DNA from: an uncultured delta proteobacterium
GTDB taxonomy: Bacteria; Desulfobacterota; Binatia; Bin18
DNA length: 52,362 bases
Direction of reading: 5' to 3'
Assembly (NCBI GenBank): GCA_963733195.1
Contig: CAVTCR010000013.1
Coordinates: forward strand, 1-52,362
This document shows, piece after piece, positions 9,213 through 18,300 of the stretch (positions are counted from its first letter, which is position 1; the number at the start of each line of letters is the position of its first letter). Both the position numbers and the translations under genes were made by a program. Under the pieces are notes generated by a model. That model saw only the letters and a program-made list of their open reading frames with translations. It had not been told where the DNA came from and ran no database searches.

Positions 9213-10064
9213 ATGTTACGAGCAGGCGATATTACGATTCATTTTCTCAACGCAGGATTCTGGTGGGATGATGGCGGTGCACAGTTTGGCATCGTTCCCC
9301 GTGAGTTGTGGGAGAAAGAAAAACCAGCGAATGCTCGTCATCGTATTCGCATGAGTTTAACGTGCCCACTGATACTCACTGGTAGAGAGATTATCCTCGT
9401 CGATACGGGAATCGGCAACCGGCTGAGTGAGCGGGAACAGCAGATTTACACTCCTGAGCCAGGCGGCGGTCTCGCAGGTGGCCTTCGTCGTTTGGGATTG
9501 ACGCTCGAGAGCGTGACGCATGTGATCCTTTCGCACTTACATTTCGATCATGTGGGAGGTGTGATTGATAAGTCTCCGACTGGTGAGATTCGGTCGATAT
9601 TTTCTAAAGCACGTTTCCATATTCAAAAACGAGAATGGGAGATTGCCCTTACCCCGACTGACGAGCGCCTCGCGGCAGCCTATCGCCACGCCCCGGAATG
9701 TCTCAATGCTTTACAGAACGTCGAGTTGCTGAACGGTGACTCGCAAATCCTTCCTCAGGTTCGGACTGTAATCTCTGGTGGACATGCTGACTTCCATCAA
9801 TGTGTGATTGTTGAAGGTGAAGGTACCGGATTAATCCATTTGGCTGACATCGTACCGACAACCTCGCACCTGCGGCTCGCGTGGAATGCGGCCTACGATA
9901 CCAACCCATTAGAGACAATCGCGGCCAAGAAGCGGTTCTTTGCTGAAGCACGTGCGAAGAACCTGTGGGTGTCATTTTCACATGATGATAAGGTTGCAGC
10001 TGGGTTCCTTGATAAAGAAACGGGAAAAGCGCCGCAGTTGGTGGAGAAGGTTGCCATAAACTAA
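9213..10064 (+). CDS. MBL-fold metallo-hydrolase (YtnP/AHL-lactonase-like)
   Basis: DGGAQFGIVPRELW, LVDTGIG, SHLHFDHVGG, GGHADFHQ, ADIVP, AYD, FSHD. The ORF-track N-terminal extension is repeat DNA. Confidence 0.9.
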   Translation: MLRAGDITIHFLNAGFWWDDGGAQFGIVPRELWEKEKPANARHRIRMSLTCPLILTGREIILVDTGIGNRLSEREQQIYTPEPGGGLAGGLRRLGLTLESVTHVILSHLHFDHVGGVIDKSPTGEIRSIFSKARFHIQKREWEIALTPTDERLAAAYRHAPECLNALQNVELLNGDSQILPQVRTVISGGHADFHQCVIVEGEGTGLIHLADIVPTTSHLRLAWNAAYDTNPLETIAAKKRFFAEARAKNLWVSFSHDDKVAAGFLDKETGKAPQLVEKVAIN

Positions 10065-10146
10065 AACATAAAGCGTAAAACGTAAGAGGAGTGGTCGCAT
10101 CCACGCATCACGCATTACGTAGTATGAGCTACATGTTACGTGTTGC

Positions 10147-10930
10147 ATGAACGTCAACTCACAGGAGGTCAATTCTGTGGTGAATCTCAGTCCAACCATC
10201 GCCGGTATTCAGTTTCCCTTCTGTCTTATGAACGCAGCTGGCGCCCTCTCAACCAGTCGAGAAGAGTTGCTGGCATTGGCCCATTCTGAAGCTGGTGCAG
10301 TAGTCACCAAGTCGATCACGCCAGAATCGTTCCTTGATCCTGGTGCGAGTTGCGGGATTGAGAATCCCGGGGTTGCGTACTACGTCAGTTTGTTGCCCGA
10401 ATTGCGACGAGCTGGGAAACCAATCATTACCAGTGTTGCTGGACTGACCATGAAGAATTCATCACGACTGCTCAGACACTGGCTGACGCCGGTGCTGATC
10501 TCATTGAAGTTAATCTCAATGAGCCGCATGTGCACGAACACCTCGCGCCGTTCGCTTCGACTGAGAATCTGAGCAAGATCAGTCATGCTCATTCGTCATG
10601 CTGGTGACAACCCCACTGATTGTGAAATTTCCTCCAAGAGTATCGCTGCCGTTATCCACTATTGCGGCTCAGTTCTTACTTGACGCAGGAATTCCTGCCG
10701 TGTTATGTCACAACGCCTCAGCAAATGGCGAGCCGACACAAGCTGAAACGATACTCCACGCCGCCAAGGGGCGAGATGGATGTGATTGCTGTTGGCGGTG
10801 TGTCGCACGGTCATGAAGCGTTGGCCGTACTGCGAAGTGGCATCAAAGCCATCCAAATTGCCTCCGCAGTGGTGAAAGAAGGAGTGGCAGGCTTTTGCGC
10901 GGATAAAGAGCGAACTGCGGCTTTCTACTC
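10147..10930 (+). pseudogene. Divergent dihydroorotate dehydrogenase-like (PyrD family) gene with several frameshifts
   Basis: Fragments in successive frames: LMNAAG, GAVVTKSIT, PIITSVAG, GADLIEVNL, PLIVKFPP, IAVGGV, AIQIASAVVKEG. Confidence 0.75.
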
Positions 10931-10948
10931 CGTCTCAGGAGGAGGGTT

Positions 10949-11635
10949 TTACTGCTCAGGGAACAACCCAAGCCGCATGAGCATTGCCTGAGTTCGGGGT
11001 GCCACTGTACCTGCGTTGGTATTCTTGAGATCATTCGCCAGCTGTGAGAGAGCTGCTTGATCATCCACATCGTACCATGCCGGCACGAGCACAGCGTTGA
11101 GATTGTGTTTTCGAGCCTGAGAGAGTGTTTCTGCCATCACTGTGGGTGTACTCCAGGGAATGTTCTCGAAGAGTTCTTTATGGACTTTTCGCATCCCTAC
11201 TAAATAGTACCCTCCATCACTGCTTGGACCGAAGACGGCATCACACTGTGCATTTTCGAGCTGGAAGAATGCCTCTTGCAGGTGTGATGGTGGCAGAGTC
11301 GGTATATCGCTGCCGATAAGAACAACTCGTGATACGGAACTCTCTAATAGATCGCGGAAGATATTTAACTCGCGCTCGCCCAATGAATCTCCGCGCTGAG
11401 CGATGTATTTGACTGGAAAGGGGAGGATCTTGCGGAAATGCGGTTCACTGTCGGCTGGGGTGAACGCGATATACACTTCGACACCAGGGAGCTGACACGC
11501 CTGTTCGACAGTATCCATAAGAAAACAGCGAGCCAACTCGGCAGCTTGTGCTAGTGTCAGTGGCGGACAGAGGCGCGTTTTCACTTGGCCTTCGATCGGT
11601 GCTTTGGCGAAAATGGCGAGAATGTTCTGCAGCAT
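10949..11635 (-). CDS. DUF2064/TIGR04282-type glycosyltransferase-like protein (CofC-like fold)
   Basis: IFAKAP..GQVKTRL, Q.GDSLGER, VLIGSDIP, GPSSDGGYYLVG, IPWST, WYDVD. Confidence 0.88.
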   Translation of the reverse strand: MLQNILAIFAKAPIEGQVKTRLCPPLTLAQAAELARCFLMDTVEQACQLPGVEVYIAFTPADSEPHFRKILPFPVKYIAQRGDSLGERELNIFRDLLESSVSRVVLIGSDIPTLPPSHLQEAFFQLENAQCDAVFGPSSDGGYYLVGMRKVHKELFENIPWSTPTVMAETLSQARKHNLNAVLVPAWYDVDDQAALSQLANDLKNTNAGTVAPRTQAMLMRLGLFPEQ

Positions 11636-11636
11636 G

Positions 11637-11750
11637 AGGAGTCCAGCATCTAGGGTCCAGAGTCCGAAGTCAGAAGGAAGGAATAAAACGTAATACGTAA
11701 AACGTAAAGGGAAGGGGGGTAGTTATTCTTTACATTTTACGATTTAGAGA
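11637..11750. repeat. Heptamer repeat modules with partial inverted copy
   Basis: GAGTCCA/GCATCTA/GGGTCCA/GAGTCCG run, then AAACGTA/ATACGTA/AAACGTA run, then TTACATT/TTACGAT. Confidence 0.65.
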
Positions 11751-11756
11751 AAAGAT

Positions 11757-12266
11757 ATGAACCCTGCCGACGAGATCGTTGCTATCGTTGATGAACACAA
11801 CAATGTGATTAGTGCAGTGCCACGGCGAGAAATGCGTGCGAATCGTCTCTTGCACCGAAGTACGTATATCCTCGTGTTTCACCCGCAAGGCGCACTCTAT
11901 GTGCAGAAGCGCACCATGACCAAGGATGTATTTCCGGGTTATTTCGATCCTGCCACCGGTGGGGTAGTACTCGCGGGCGAAAGTTACGAGGAAAGTGCGG
12001 TCCGCGAACTCGAAGAGGAAATGGGCATTCGTGATGTACCACTTACGCGTTTGTTCGATTTCTATTTTGAAGATCCGCGGTCTCGCGTGTGGGGTAGGGC
12101 TTTCTCCTGTGAGTATGACGGCAAGATCGTTCCCCAGCCAGAAGAAGTTGAGTACGTGGAAATGCTGACGATCGATGACATTTTACGGCGAGCACAGACG
12201 GAACAATTTACGCCGGACGGTTTAGTGGTTGTGCGGCGGTATCTCGCAGAGCGACAGCAGTCATGA
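11757..12266 (+). CDS. yfcD: Nudix hydrolase, YfcD-like
   Basis: LLHRSTYILVF, VQKRTMTKDVFPG, GGVVLAGESYEESAVRELEEEMGI (Nudix box), FTPDG. Confidence 0.88.
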   Translation: MNPADEIVAIVDEHNNVISAVPRREMRANRLLHRSTYILVFHPQGALYVQKRTMTKDVFPGYFDPATGGVVLAGESYEESAVRELEEEMGIRDVPLTRLFDFYFEDPRSRVWGRAFSCEYDGKIVPQPEEVEYVEMLTIDDILRRAQTEQFTPDGLVVVRRYLAERQQS

Positions 12267-13303
12267 AATTCGGCCTTTTCTTCCTGTTACAAGATCCCCC
12301 AAACGGGGAGAATCTCCCACGGTTGTATGATGAAGTGTTTGAACAGGCCGAGCTTGCTGAGAATCTCGGCTTTGACGCCTTCTTCGTTCCCGAGCACCAT
12401 CAGATGCCTGATGGCTATATGCCAGCACCGCTCACGTTTCTTGCAGCTCTTGCGGTGCGGACCAAGCGAGCAGAACTCGGTACCGGCATCATGCAGTTGC
12501 CGTTGTTTCATCCACTGCAAATCGCCGAACAAGGAGCGGTGATCGATAACCTCTCTCGCGGGCGGTTTATTCTCGGCGCTGGACTTGGATTGATTCAAAA
12601 AGAGTTCGATGCCTTCCAAATTCCGCTCACTGAGGCAGCCTCGCGGTTCACTGAGTCAGTCGAAATTCTCAAATGCGCCTGGACCGGAGAGACCTTTTCA
12701 CATCAAGGTCGTCACTATCAGTTCACTGATGTGACAATCACACCTCGTCCGGTGCGTCGCCCGCGTCCGCCGATCTGGGTTGGCGCGATGTCAGAGATCA
12801 CGCTCAAACGGGCAGGAAGAATAGGCGACGGTTGGATCTCTGATCCGCTCCACAACTTTGATGTCATGAAAGCCTGGGGGCAGATCTACCGTGACGCGGC
12901 GGCAAAGGCAGGCAATCCACGAGTCGAGATCGCCTTACTACGTGACACCTGGGTTGCCGAGAGTCGCGCTGAGGTCGAACGGGTATGGTGGCCGCACATT
13001 CAGGCGTACCACCTTTTCTACCTGCATCTCGGCTTTTTCTCCTCTGGTCGCTTTAACTCACAGTGGGAGCCTTGGGTCAAAGATGTGAAGTCGGATGCAG
13101 AGTGGAGTTATGAACGAGTAGCGCCCAACCGTCTCATTTGTGGAACGCCGGACGATGTAGTCGCAGAGATCAAGCGCTATGAACGAGAGATCGGCTGCCA
13201 ATACATGATCCTTATGCTGCGTCATCCTACGGGACCGAGCCACCAGGAAACCGTGAAGTGTATTGAGCTGCTTGGGACGAAAGTCCTACCAAGATGTCAA
13301 TGA
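12263..13303 (+). CDS. LLM-class flavin-dependent oxidoreductase
   Basis: AENLGFDAFFVPEHH, HPLQIAEQ, SRGRFILGAG, PPIWVG; ATGA overlap with the Nudix gene. Confidence 0.92.
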   Translation: MKFGLFFLLQDPPNGENLPRLYDEVFEQAELAENLGFDAFFVPEHHQMPDGYMPAPLTFLAALAVRTKRAELGTGIMQLPLFHPLQIAEQGAVIDNLSRGRFILGAGLGLIQKEFDAFQIPLTEAASRFTESVEILKCAWTGETFSHQGRHYQFTDVTITPRPVRRPRPPIWVGAMSEITLKRAGRIGDGWISDPLHNFDVMKAWGQIYRDAAAKAGNPRVEIALLRDTWVAESRAEVERVWWPHIQAYHLFYLHLGFFSSGRFNSQWEPWVKDVKSDAEWSYERVAPNRLICGTPDDVVAEIKRYEREIGCQYMILMLRHPTGPSHQETVKCIELLGTKVLPRCQ

Positions 13304-13420
13304 GACGTTCCTCTCGCTATCAGTCAATGTGTAGTTTATTAAGTGATATACCTGACATTATATCTGTGAACGTGCAGGCGTGGTCCGAGGATACTGGAGA
13401 CGATAAAGCGAAAACGACCA

Positions 13421-14290
13421 ATGAGTACTCTGACTGAACTCTTCGACCAACATCGCGCTCAACTCCGGCAACGCCTGAATGATGAACTGTCACCAGAACA
13501 GGTTGTGCAGGAAGTAAAAAGCTGGCTTGGGTCCCTTCTTACCCTTGCGAGCCGGGAGAAGGATCGCAGCCTGACCGAGCGACGACTGTTAGGATTTCTC
13601 CTTGATGTCGTCAAATCTGCCGTGGCCACTCTCGTCAGTTGTGAGGCTGTTGCCGATGAGCGACAACAACCCCGACGCGTGTCGTCAGCCACAAACCGAG
13701 GAGATTGGTTCCTTCGAGTTGTGCGGGTCGTTATTGCTGCAGCGTTGGGCAGTGTGTTGTTTCAGATTGAAAACTTCTTTTGTCTTGCATTGCTTGCTGT
13801 GTTGGTGCTGCTCGATGTACGTGAATGGTTTATCAAACCATCTATGACAGCCGCTCAGGCAACGCTGCCAGAACCGACCACTAGGGTGCGCGTCAATGTC
13901 GATGCCTTACTTTCCCGCCTTCGTGAAACGCTCAGAGCTACCGACGCCGTTCTGACGGAAGCTTCTCAACCGCAGCCGTCGCCCGTCAGTTCTTTAGGCG
14001 ATGACACTGCTTTACTCGAATTGTTCCAAGAACTGCTCTACGCCGCGTCGGTGGAAGATGGCATATTCGCGCTTAAACAACTCAAGCCACTTATCTTTTT
14101 GCTGGAAAAGCATGGAATCAGAGCTGAACGCTTTTCTGCCGAACGAGCATTTCTCTTTGACGCCGTCCCGAGCCTCGATGCGAAGAGTCGGGAGTGGCTT
14201 ACCCTCAAACCCGCACTGGTCACCAAAGAAGGAAAACCACTCAGACGCGGCCTCGTGACCGAACCGGCAAACAAGGAAAAGGGCCACTAA
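13421..14290 (+). CDS. Membrane protein (central TM hairpin) with a GrpE-like C-terminal domain
   Basis: Hydrophobic hairpin at about aa 97-131; C-terminus LLEKHGI...FD...TLKPALVTKEGKPLRRGLV parallels the GrpE beta-domain pattern. Confidence 0.6.
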   Translation: MSTLTELFDQHRAQLRQRLNDELSPEQVVQEVKSWLGSLLTLASREKDRSLTERRLLGFLLDVVKSAVATLVSCEAVADERQQPRRVSSATNRGDWFLRVVRVVIAAALGSVLFQIENFFCLALLAVLVLLDVREWFIKPSMTAAQATLPEPTTRVRVNVDALLSRLRETLRATDAVLTEASQPQPSPVSSLGDDTALLELFQELLYAASVEDGIFALKQLKPLIFLLEKHGIRAERFSAERAFLFDAVPSLDAKSREWLTLKPALVTKEGKPLRRGLVTEPANKEKGH

Positions 14291-14291
14291 C

Positions 14292-16205
14292 GTGAAGTCG
14301 GACGTGGAAATTGTCGGTTTCGATCTAGGCCATGGTGAAACGGCGGTTGCGTTGGCGATGTTTGCGGCGACGACCGAGCCGCAAATTCTCGATATCCACG
14401 GCACCAAAAGTATTATTACGGCAGTTGCACAGCATTCGACCCGTGGGACGCTCATTGGTGACGATGCGTTCATGGCCCGCAATGTGAACAGCTTACGTAT
14501 TGCTTTCAAAAGTCCAGAGATCAAGCGCTATGAGGTGCGCGAACCGGTTAAACTCTTTGTCGGGAAGGTTCTCGAAGTCTTGCTCAAAGACCGAGAGATT
14601 ACTGGTGGTGATACGACACTCTTCTTTGTTGGGTGTCCGTCGGGTTGGAGTGCGACGGTTCGTGATGGCTACGCCGAACTGCTTCGTGAAGCTGGAATGC
14701 GGCAGGTGACGGTCTGGCCAGAATCTCGTGCCGCATTAGTCTATGCCCGGGAGTCGGGTTACATCTCGCAAGACCTTGCCGAAGGAGCCATTCTCATCAT
14801 CGACATTGGCTCTTCGACGACCGACTTTACCGCGGTCCAGAACCTGGAAATCCGCATCAGTGATTTCGGCCAGAACGCGCTCGGTGGTGGGCTAATTGAT
14901 AAGGCAATCCTTGAACGTATCGTTACCACGCATAAGCGTTCTGCGGAACTCCATAAGATCTTTGCTGAGTATCCAGTATATGCGGCAATCTGTGAGTTAG
15001 AGTGCCGTAAAGTGAAGGAGATGTTTTTCTCCAATCCAGAGATGTGGCTGGATAAACCGGCGAGTAAAACCGTACGACTCGAAACCAATCCACCATTGTA
15101 TTTCGATGTCGAGATCACGCCTGCGATCATGGAGGAGTTGTTGAATCGTCCACTTCCCCAGCTACAAAACCGAAGCTGGAAAAATGCGTTCCATGATGCG
15201 TTGGTACAGGCCAAAGAACGCATGCAGGAATACTCGCCACGGCTAGTGCTGTTGACGGGTGGCGCATCGCGCATGGGGTTTACCTCCGAACTGTGTGACA
15301 CTGTGTTTCCTGACACGCGTGTAGTGCGGGGAGCCGAGCCAGAGTTTGCCATCGCTCGTGGACTAGCCGGTGCTGGTCGTATCGAGTTGAAAACAACGGC
15401 ATTCCGTGAGGAAGTTGGAAATTTGATTGCCTTGGGAAAAACTCGACAAGCGATTGAAGACAGCCTTCCCGCCTTACTTGATGCTGTGTCTTCTTTTTTA
15501 GCGCGTTCCCTCCCAGAGGCGGTGATCGTACCCGCGTTTCGCGAGTGGCAACAAGGACAGTTACGAACGCTTGCCGATCTAGAACAGGTGGTGCAACCGC
15601 GCGCCATCGAATGGCTGGCGAGCGCAGAGGGGAAGCGCAGACTCGGAGAGATCATTCGTATCTGGTTTACCAGGATGCTCCCTGAAGTGGAGCGCTTAAC
15701 CAATCCGATCTGTGACCGTTACCATGTCCCGCAAACCTCGATGCATTTGCCGACGATGCTCGGAGTTGAAGGAATGGCCGGCATGCCGAAAGGAATGGTC
15801 GATACGGAATCGGTGCTTGGCGGTGTCAGTAATTTTGTCTCCGTTCTCGGCGCGATTCTGGTGACGTCAGTGTTGGGAAGTGGCGGTGGGATTGCCCTTC
15901 TGACCCACGGACCGGTTGGTGCGCTCATGTTGATCATCATTGGTGGAGTGGCATGGTATGTGGGAAAGGTCGGAATGGAAAACTTGCTCAAGAACATGGA
16001 TATGCCGAGCTTTCTGCGTTCCTTTGTTAGTGAGAGTCGCGTGCGGAGCGAGTTGCAAGAGAAGGAAAGCGAATTCGCTCAGAGCATTCGTGATTCACTC
16101 TCTGTTAATCTTTCGGCGTTTACCAGACTACTTGATACGATTCACGACTCAATTACCGAAGCCTTGGATCGTGCAGCGGATCGTGCGGCGTTGTTGATAC
16201 GATGA
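14292..16205 (+). CDS. Atypical Hsp70-family protein: ATPase domain plus helical C-terminus with hydrophobic hairpin (no canonical substrate-binding domain)
   Basis: GFDLGHGET, VGCPSGW, PESRAA, IDIGSSTTD, LGGGLID, LLTGGASRM, AIARGLA. About aa 510-560 is Gly-rich and hydrophobic. Starts 1 nt after the upstream stop. Confidence 0.85.
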   Translation: MKSDVEIVGFDLGHGETAVALAMFAATTEPQILDIHGTKSIITAVAQHSTRGTLIGDDAFMARNVNSLRIAFKSPEIKRYEVREPVKLFVGKVLEVLLKDREITGGDTTLFFVGCPSGWSATVRDGYAELLREAGMRQVTVWPESRAALVYARESGYISQDLAEGAILIIDIGSSTTDFTAVQNLEIRISDFGQNALGGGLIDKAILERIVTTHKRSAELHKIFAEYPVYAAICELECRKVKEMFFSNPEMWLDKPASKTVRLETNPPLYFDVEITPAIMEELLNRPLPQLQNRSWKNAFHDALVQAKERMQEYSPRLVLLTGGASRMGFTSELCDTVFPDTRVVRGAEPEFAIARGLAGAGRIELKTTAFREEVGNLIALGKTRQAIEDSLPALLDAVSSFLARSLPEAVIVPAFREWQQGQLRTLADLEQVVQPRAIEWLASAEGKRRLGEIIRIWFTRMLPEVERLTNPICDRYHVPQTSMHLPTMLGVEGMAGMPKGMVDTESVLGGVSNFVSVLGAILVTSVLGSGGGIALLTHGPVGALMLIIIGGVAWYVGKVGMENLLKNMDMPSFLRSFVSESRVRSELQEKESEFAQSIRDSLSVNLSAFTRLLDTIHDSITEALDRAADRAALLIR

Positions 16206-16211
16206 GACACT

Positions 16212-17236
16212 ATGAAAATTGGCTATCTTCTCGATACCCACGGTGGACCGTACAACATGCCTATGCCTAACAGTGGCCAAGTGACGACGTTCATCGATCA
16301 TCTCTGGCGCGAGGCTGAGGTAGCAGAACAGGTTGGCTTCGATGCCCTGTCTGATTCCCGAGCGACACACACGCACCGAATGCATGTTTCCCTCACCGTT
16401 GCTGTTGATGGCTGGGGTCGCTGCACGCACAACGCGTATCCGCCTTGGCACGTATATTCTTATCCTTCCACTGTACGACCCCGTTCATATTGCCGAACAG
16501 ATGGCCATGCTCGACCTGATGTCGAAGGGCCGACTGATTTGCGGGCTGGCCTCTGGCTATCATCCTGATTATCACAACGCCTTCGCGATTCCGATGAAAG
16601 GCGGACGGCAACGGTTTGAAGAGGGACTCGAAGTGATGATGCGCGCCTGGACACAAGAAAGCTTCTCCTTTCACGGCCAGGTGTTCAACTATGACAACGT
16701 GCGTCTGACGCCAAAGCCACTGCAGCAACCGCATCCCGAGTTATGGCTAGGTGGGATGTTTCCCTACACGATTCAGCGGGCAGGTCGCAGTGGCGATGCG
16801 TGGTGTAGCGACCCATTTCCTTTGCAAAAAGAGACGTGGAAAGCCCAGGTGGCAATGTATCGCGAAGCCGCAGCCAAAGCTGGCCGTAAATCACAAGTGG
16901 TGTTAATGCGCGATGGATGGGTGGCCCCAACCCGTGCCGAGGCTGAACGTACATTCGGTGACATCTACGTGCAAGAAAAGCTCTTTTACTATCCGCTACG
17001 GGATTCTCACTCATCATCCAGATTTTCGTTCCGAAGCTGATTTCACGGTAGATAACTGTTTTCGTCATGCCGTCGCAGGATCACCACAAGAATGCATTGA
17101 TCAATTAGCGATGTATGAGCGTGACTATGATGTCGATTATGTAGTGATGCGTTTTCGCCTTCCCGGCGGACCAGAGCGAGAACGCGTGTTGGATTGTATT
17201 CGCTTGTTTGGCGAAGAAGTGTTGCCACGAGTCTGA
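16212..17236 (+). pseudogene. LLM-class flavin-dependent oxidoreductase with two frameshifts (~16350, ~16990)
   Basis: MKIGYLLD...AEQVGFDA | PERH...SKGRLICG...PELWLGG | AGSPQECIDQL...RLFGEEVLP spread across three ORF pieces. Confidence 0.82.
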
Positions 17237-17300
17237 AGGCAGCATCGGCTTGCGCCTGTCGTTTGTGGGGTGTTATAGCAGACAAGAACGAGGATTCCTC

Positions 17301-17555
17301 ATGAAGACAAAACCTATGGGACGTTACGTTGTTATCGATCCGAAGATCTGTCATGGCAAGCCCACGTTCCGTGGGACCCGCATCATGGTCTGGCAAGTGC
17401 TGGAGATGGTTGCTGACGGGATGTCCTGGAAAACCATCATTGAACAATTCCACGGGAGTATCACGAAGGAAGCCATTTCCGAAGCAGTCGCTTTGGCAGG
17501 TAAAGCGTTCAGTGAGCATGCACAGGAATATGTCCAAGAGTCGTCGCCTTCATGA
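17301..17555 (+). CDS. DUF433 antitoxin (VapB45-like)
   Basis: IDPKICHGKPTFRGTRIMV...GMS...I; GAGG RBS; ATGA overlap with the next gene. Confidence 0.9.
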   Translation: MKTKPMGRYVVIDPKICHGKPTFRGTRIMVWQVLEMVADGMSWKTIIEQFHGSITKEAISEAVALAGKAFSEHAQEYVQESSPS

Positions 17556-17941
17556 ACGTTCTGGATGAGCAGATTCCAGAAGACCAACGTCGCCTTCTTC
17601 GGAGCTGGCGTGTCCCGGTTCGCCACATTGGCTATGATATTGGACGACAAGGAATCAAAGACTCAGAAATTATTCCTTTTTTGCTTACCCTTCGCCGTCC
17701 AACCTTCTTCAGTTTGGATTTCGACTTTTACAACCGGAGATTTTGCCATGCACGGTACTGTCTTATCTGTATGGAAGTGAGGCAGTCTCAAACTGCTACG
17801 TTCGTGCGCCGTTTTCTACGGCATTCTGAATTTGATACCACAGCGAAGCGAATGGGGAAGGTCATCCGTCTCTCTTCCGTGCAGCTTGTTGTGCAGGAGT
17901 TACACAAAGAAGGGGAAATCGTTTTCGATTGGGAAGATTAA
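17552..17941 (+). CDS. DUF5615/PIN-like toxin (VapC45-like)
   Basis: LDEQI, GIKDSEI, FSLDFDF acidic PIN pattern, downstream of DUF433. Confidence 0.78.
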   Translation: MNVLDEQIPEDQRRLLRSWRVPVRHIGYDIGRQGIKDSEIIPFLLTLRRPTFFSLDFDFYNRRFCHARYCLICMEVRQSQTATFVRRFLRHSEFDTTAKRMGKVIRLSSVQLVVQELHKEGEIVFDWED

Positions 17942-17954
17942 GAGCGACTTAAGC

Positions 17955-18245
17955 TCACAGGTCCGCTGCCATTTGTCGAGCTACCAACTCGTCAATCTCG
18001 TCACGGTGGTCTTCGTAATAGGCGAGACATTCATACACTTGAGCGCGGGTAATGTGGGGAAAACACTGCACTGTGATCGTGTCTATGGTTTCCCCGTTCT
18101 GGAGAAGACCGATGACATCATGGACACCAACGCGTGTGCCCTCGATAATGGCGTTCCCACCACGTACGCCGGGTATGCGGGTAATGTAGCGATACATAAG
18201 CGCAGCCGGGGCTCCAGCAGGGGTAGTAATGGAAGGAGATGTCAT
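17955..18245 (-). CDS. Orphan DUF433 protein
   Basis: ITRIPGVRGGNAIIEGTRVGV...VYECLAYYEDHRDEID. Confidence 0.85.
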   Translation of the reverse strand: MTSPSITTPAGAPAALMYRYITRIPGVRGGNAIIEGTRVGVHDVIGLLQNGETIDTITVQCFPHITRAQVYECLAYYEDHRDEIDELVARQMAADL

Positions 18246-18300
18246 AGTGTTTGAAAAGATAGCATGCTGAGTTTTTGATTGCGATTGTATTGGCCCTTCA

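Noticed and set aside
14759-15703. Long antisense ORFs (314 aa here; also 36258-37019, 40744-41436, 51202-51852)
   Set aside because: They shadow well-supported genes on the opposite strand and show no motifs.
14292-16205. Calling this gene dnaK or hscA
   Set aside because: It lacks GIDLGTT, the DLLLLD-type linker and the substrate-binding beta domain, and there is no dnaJ or isc context.
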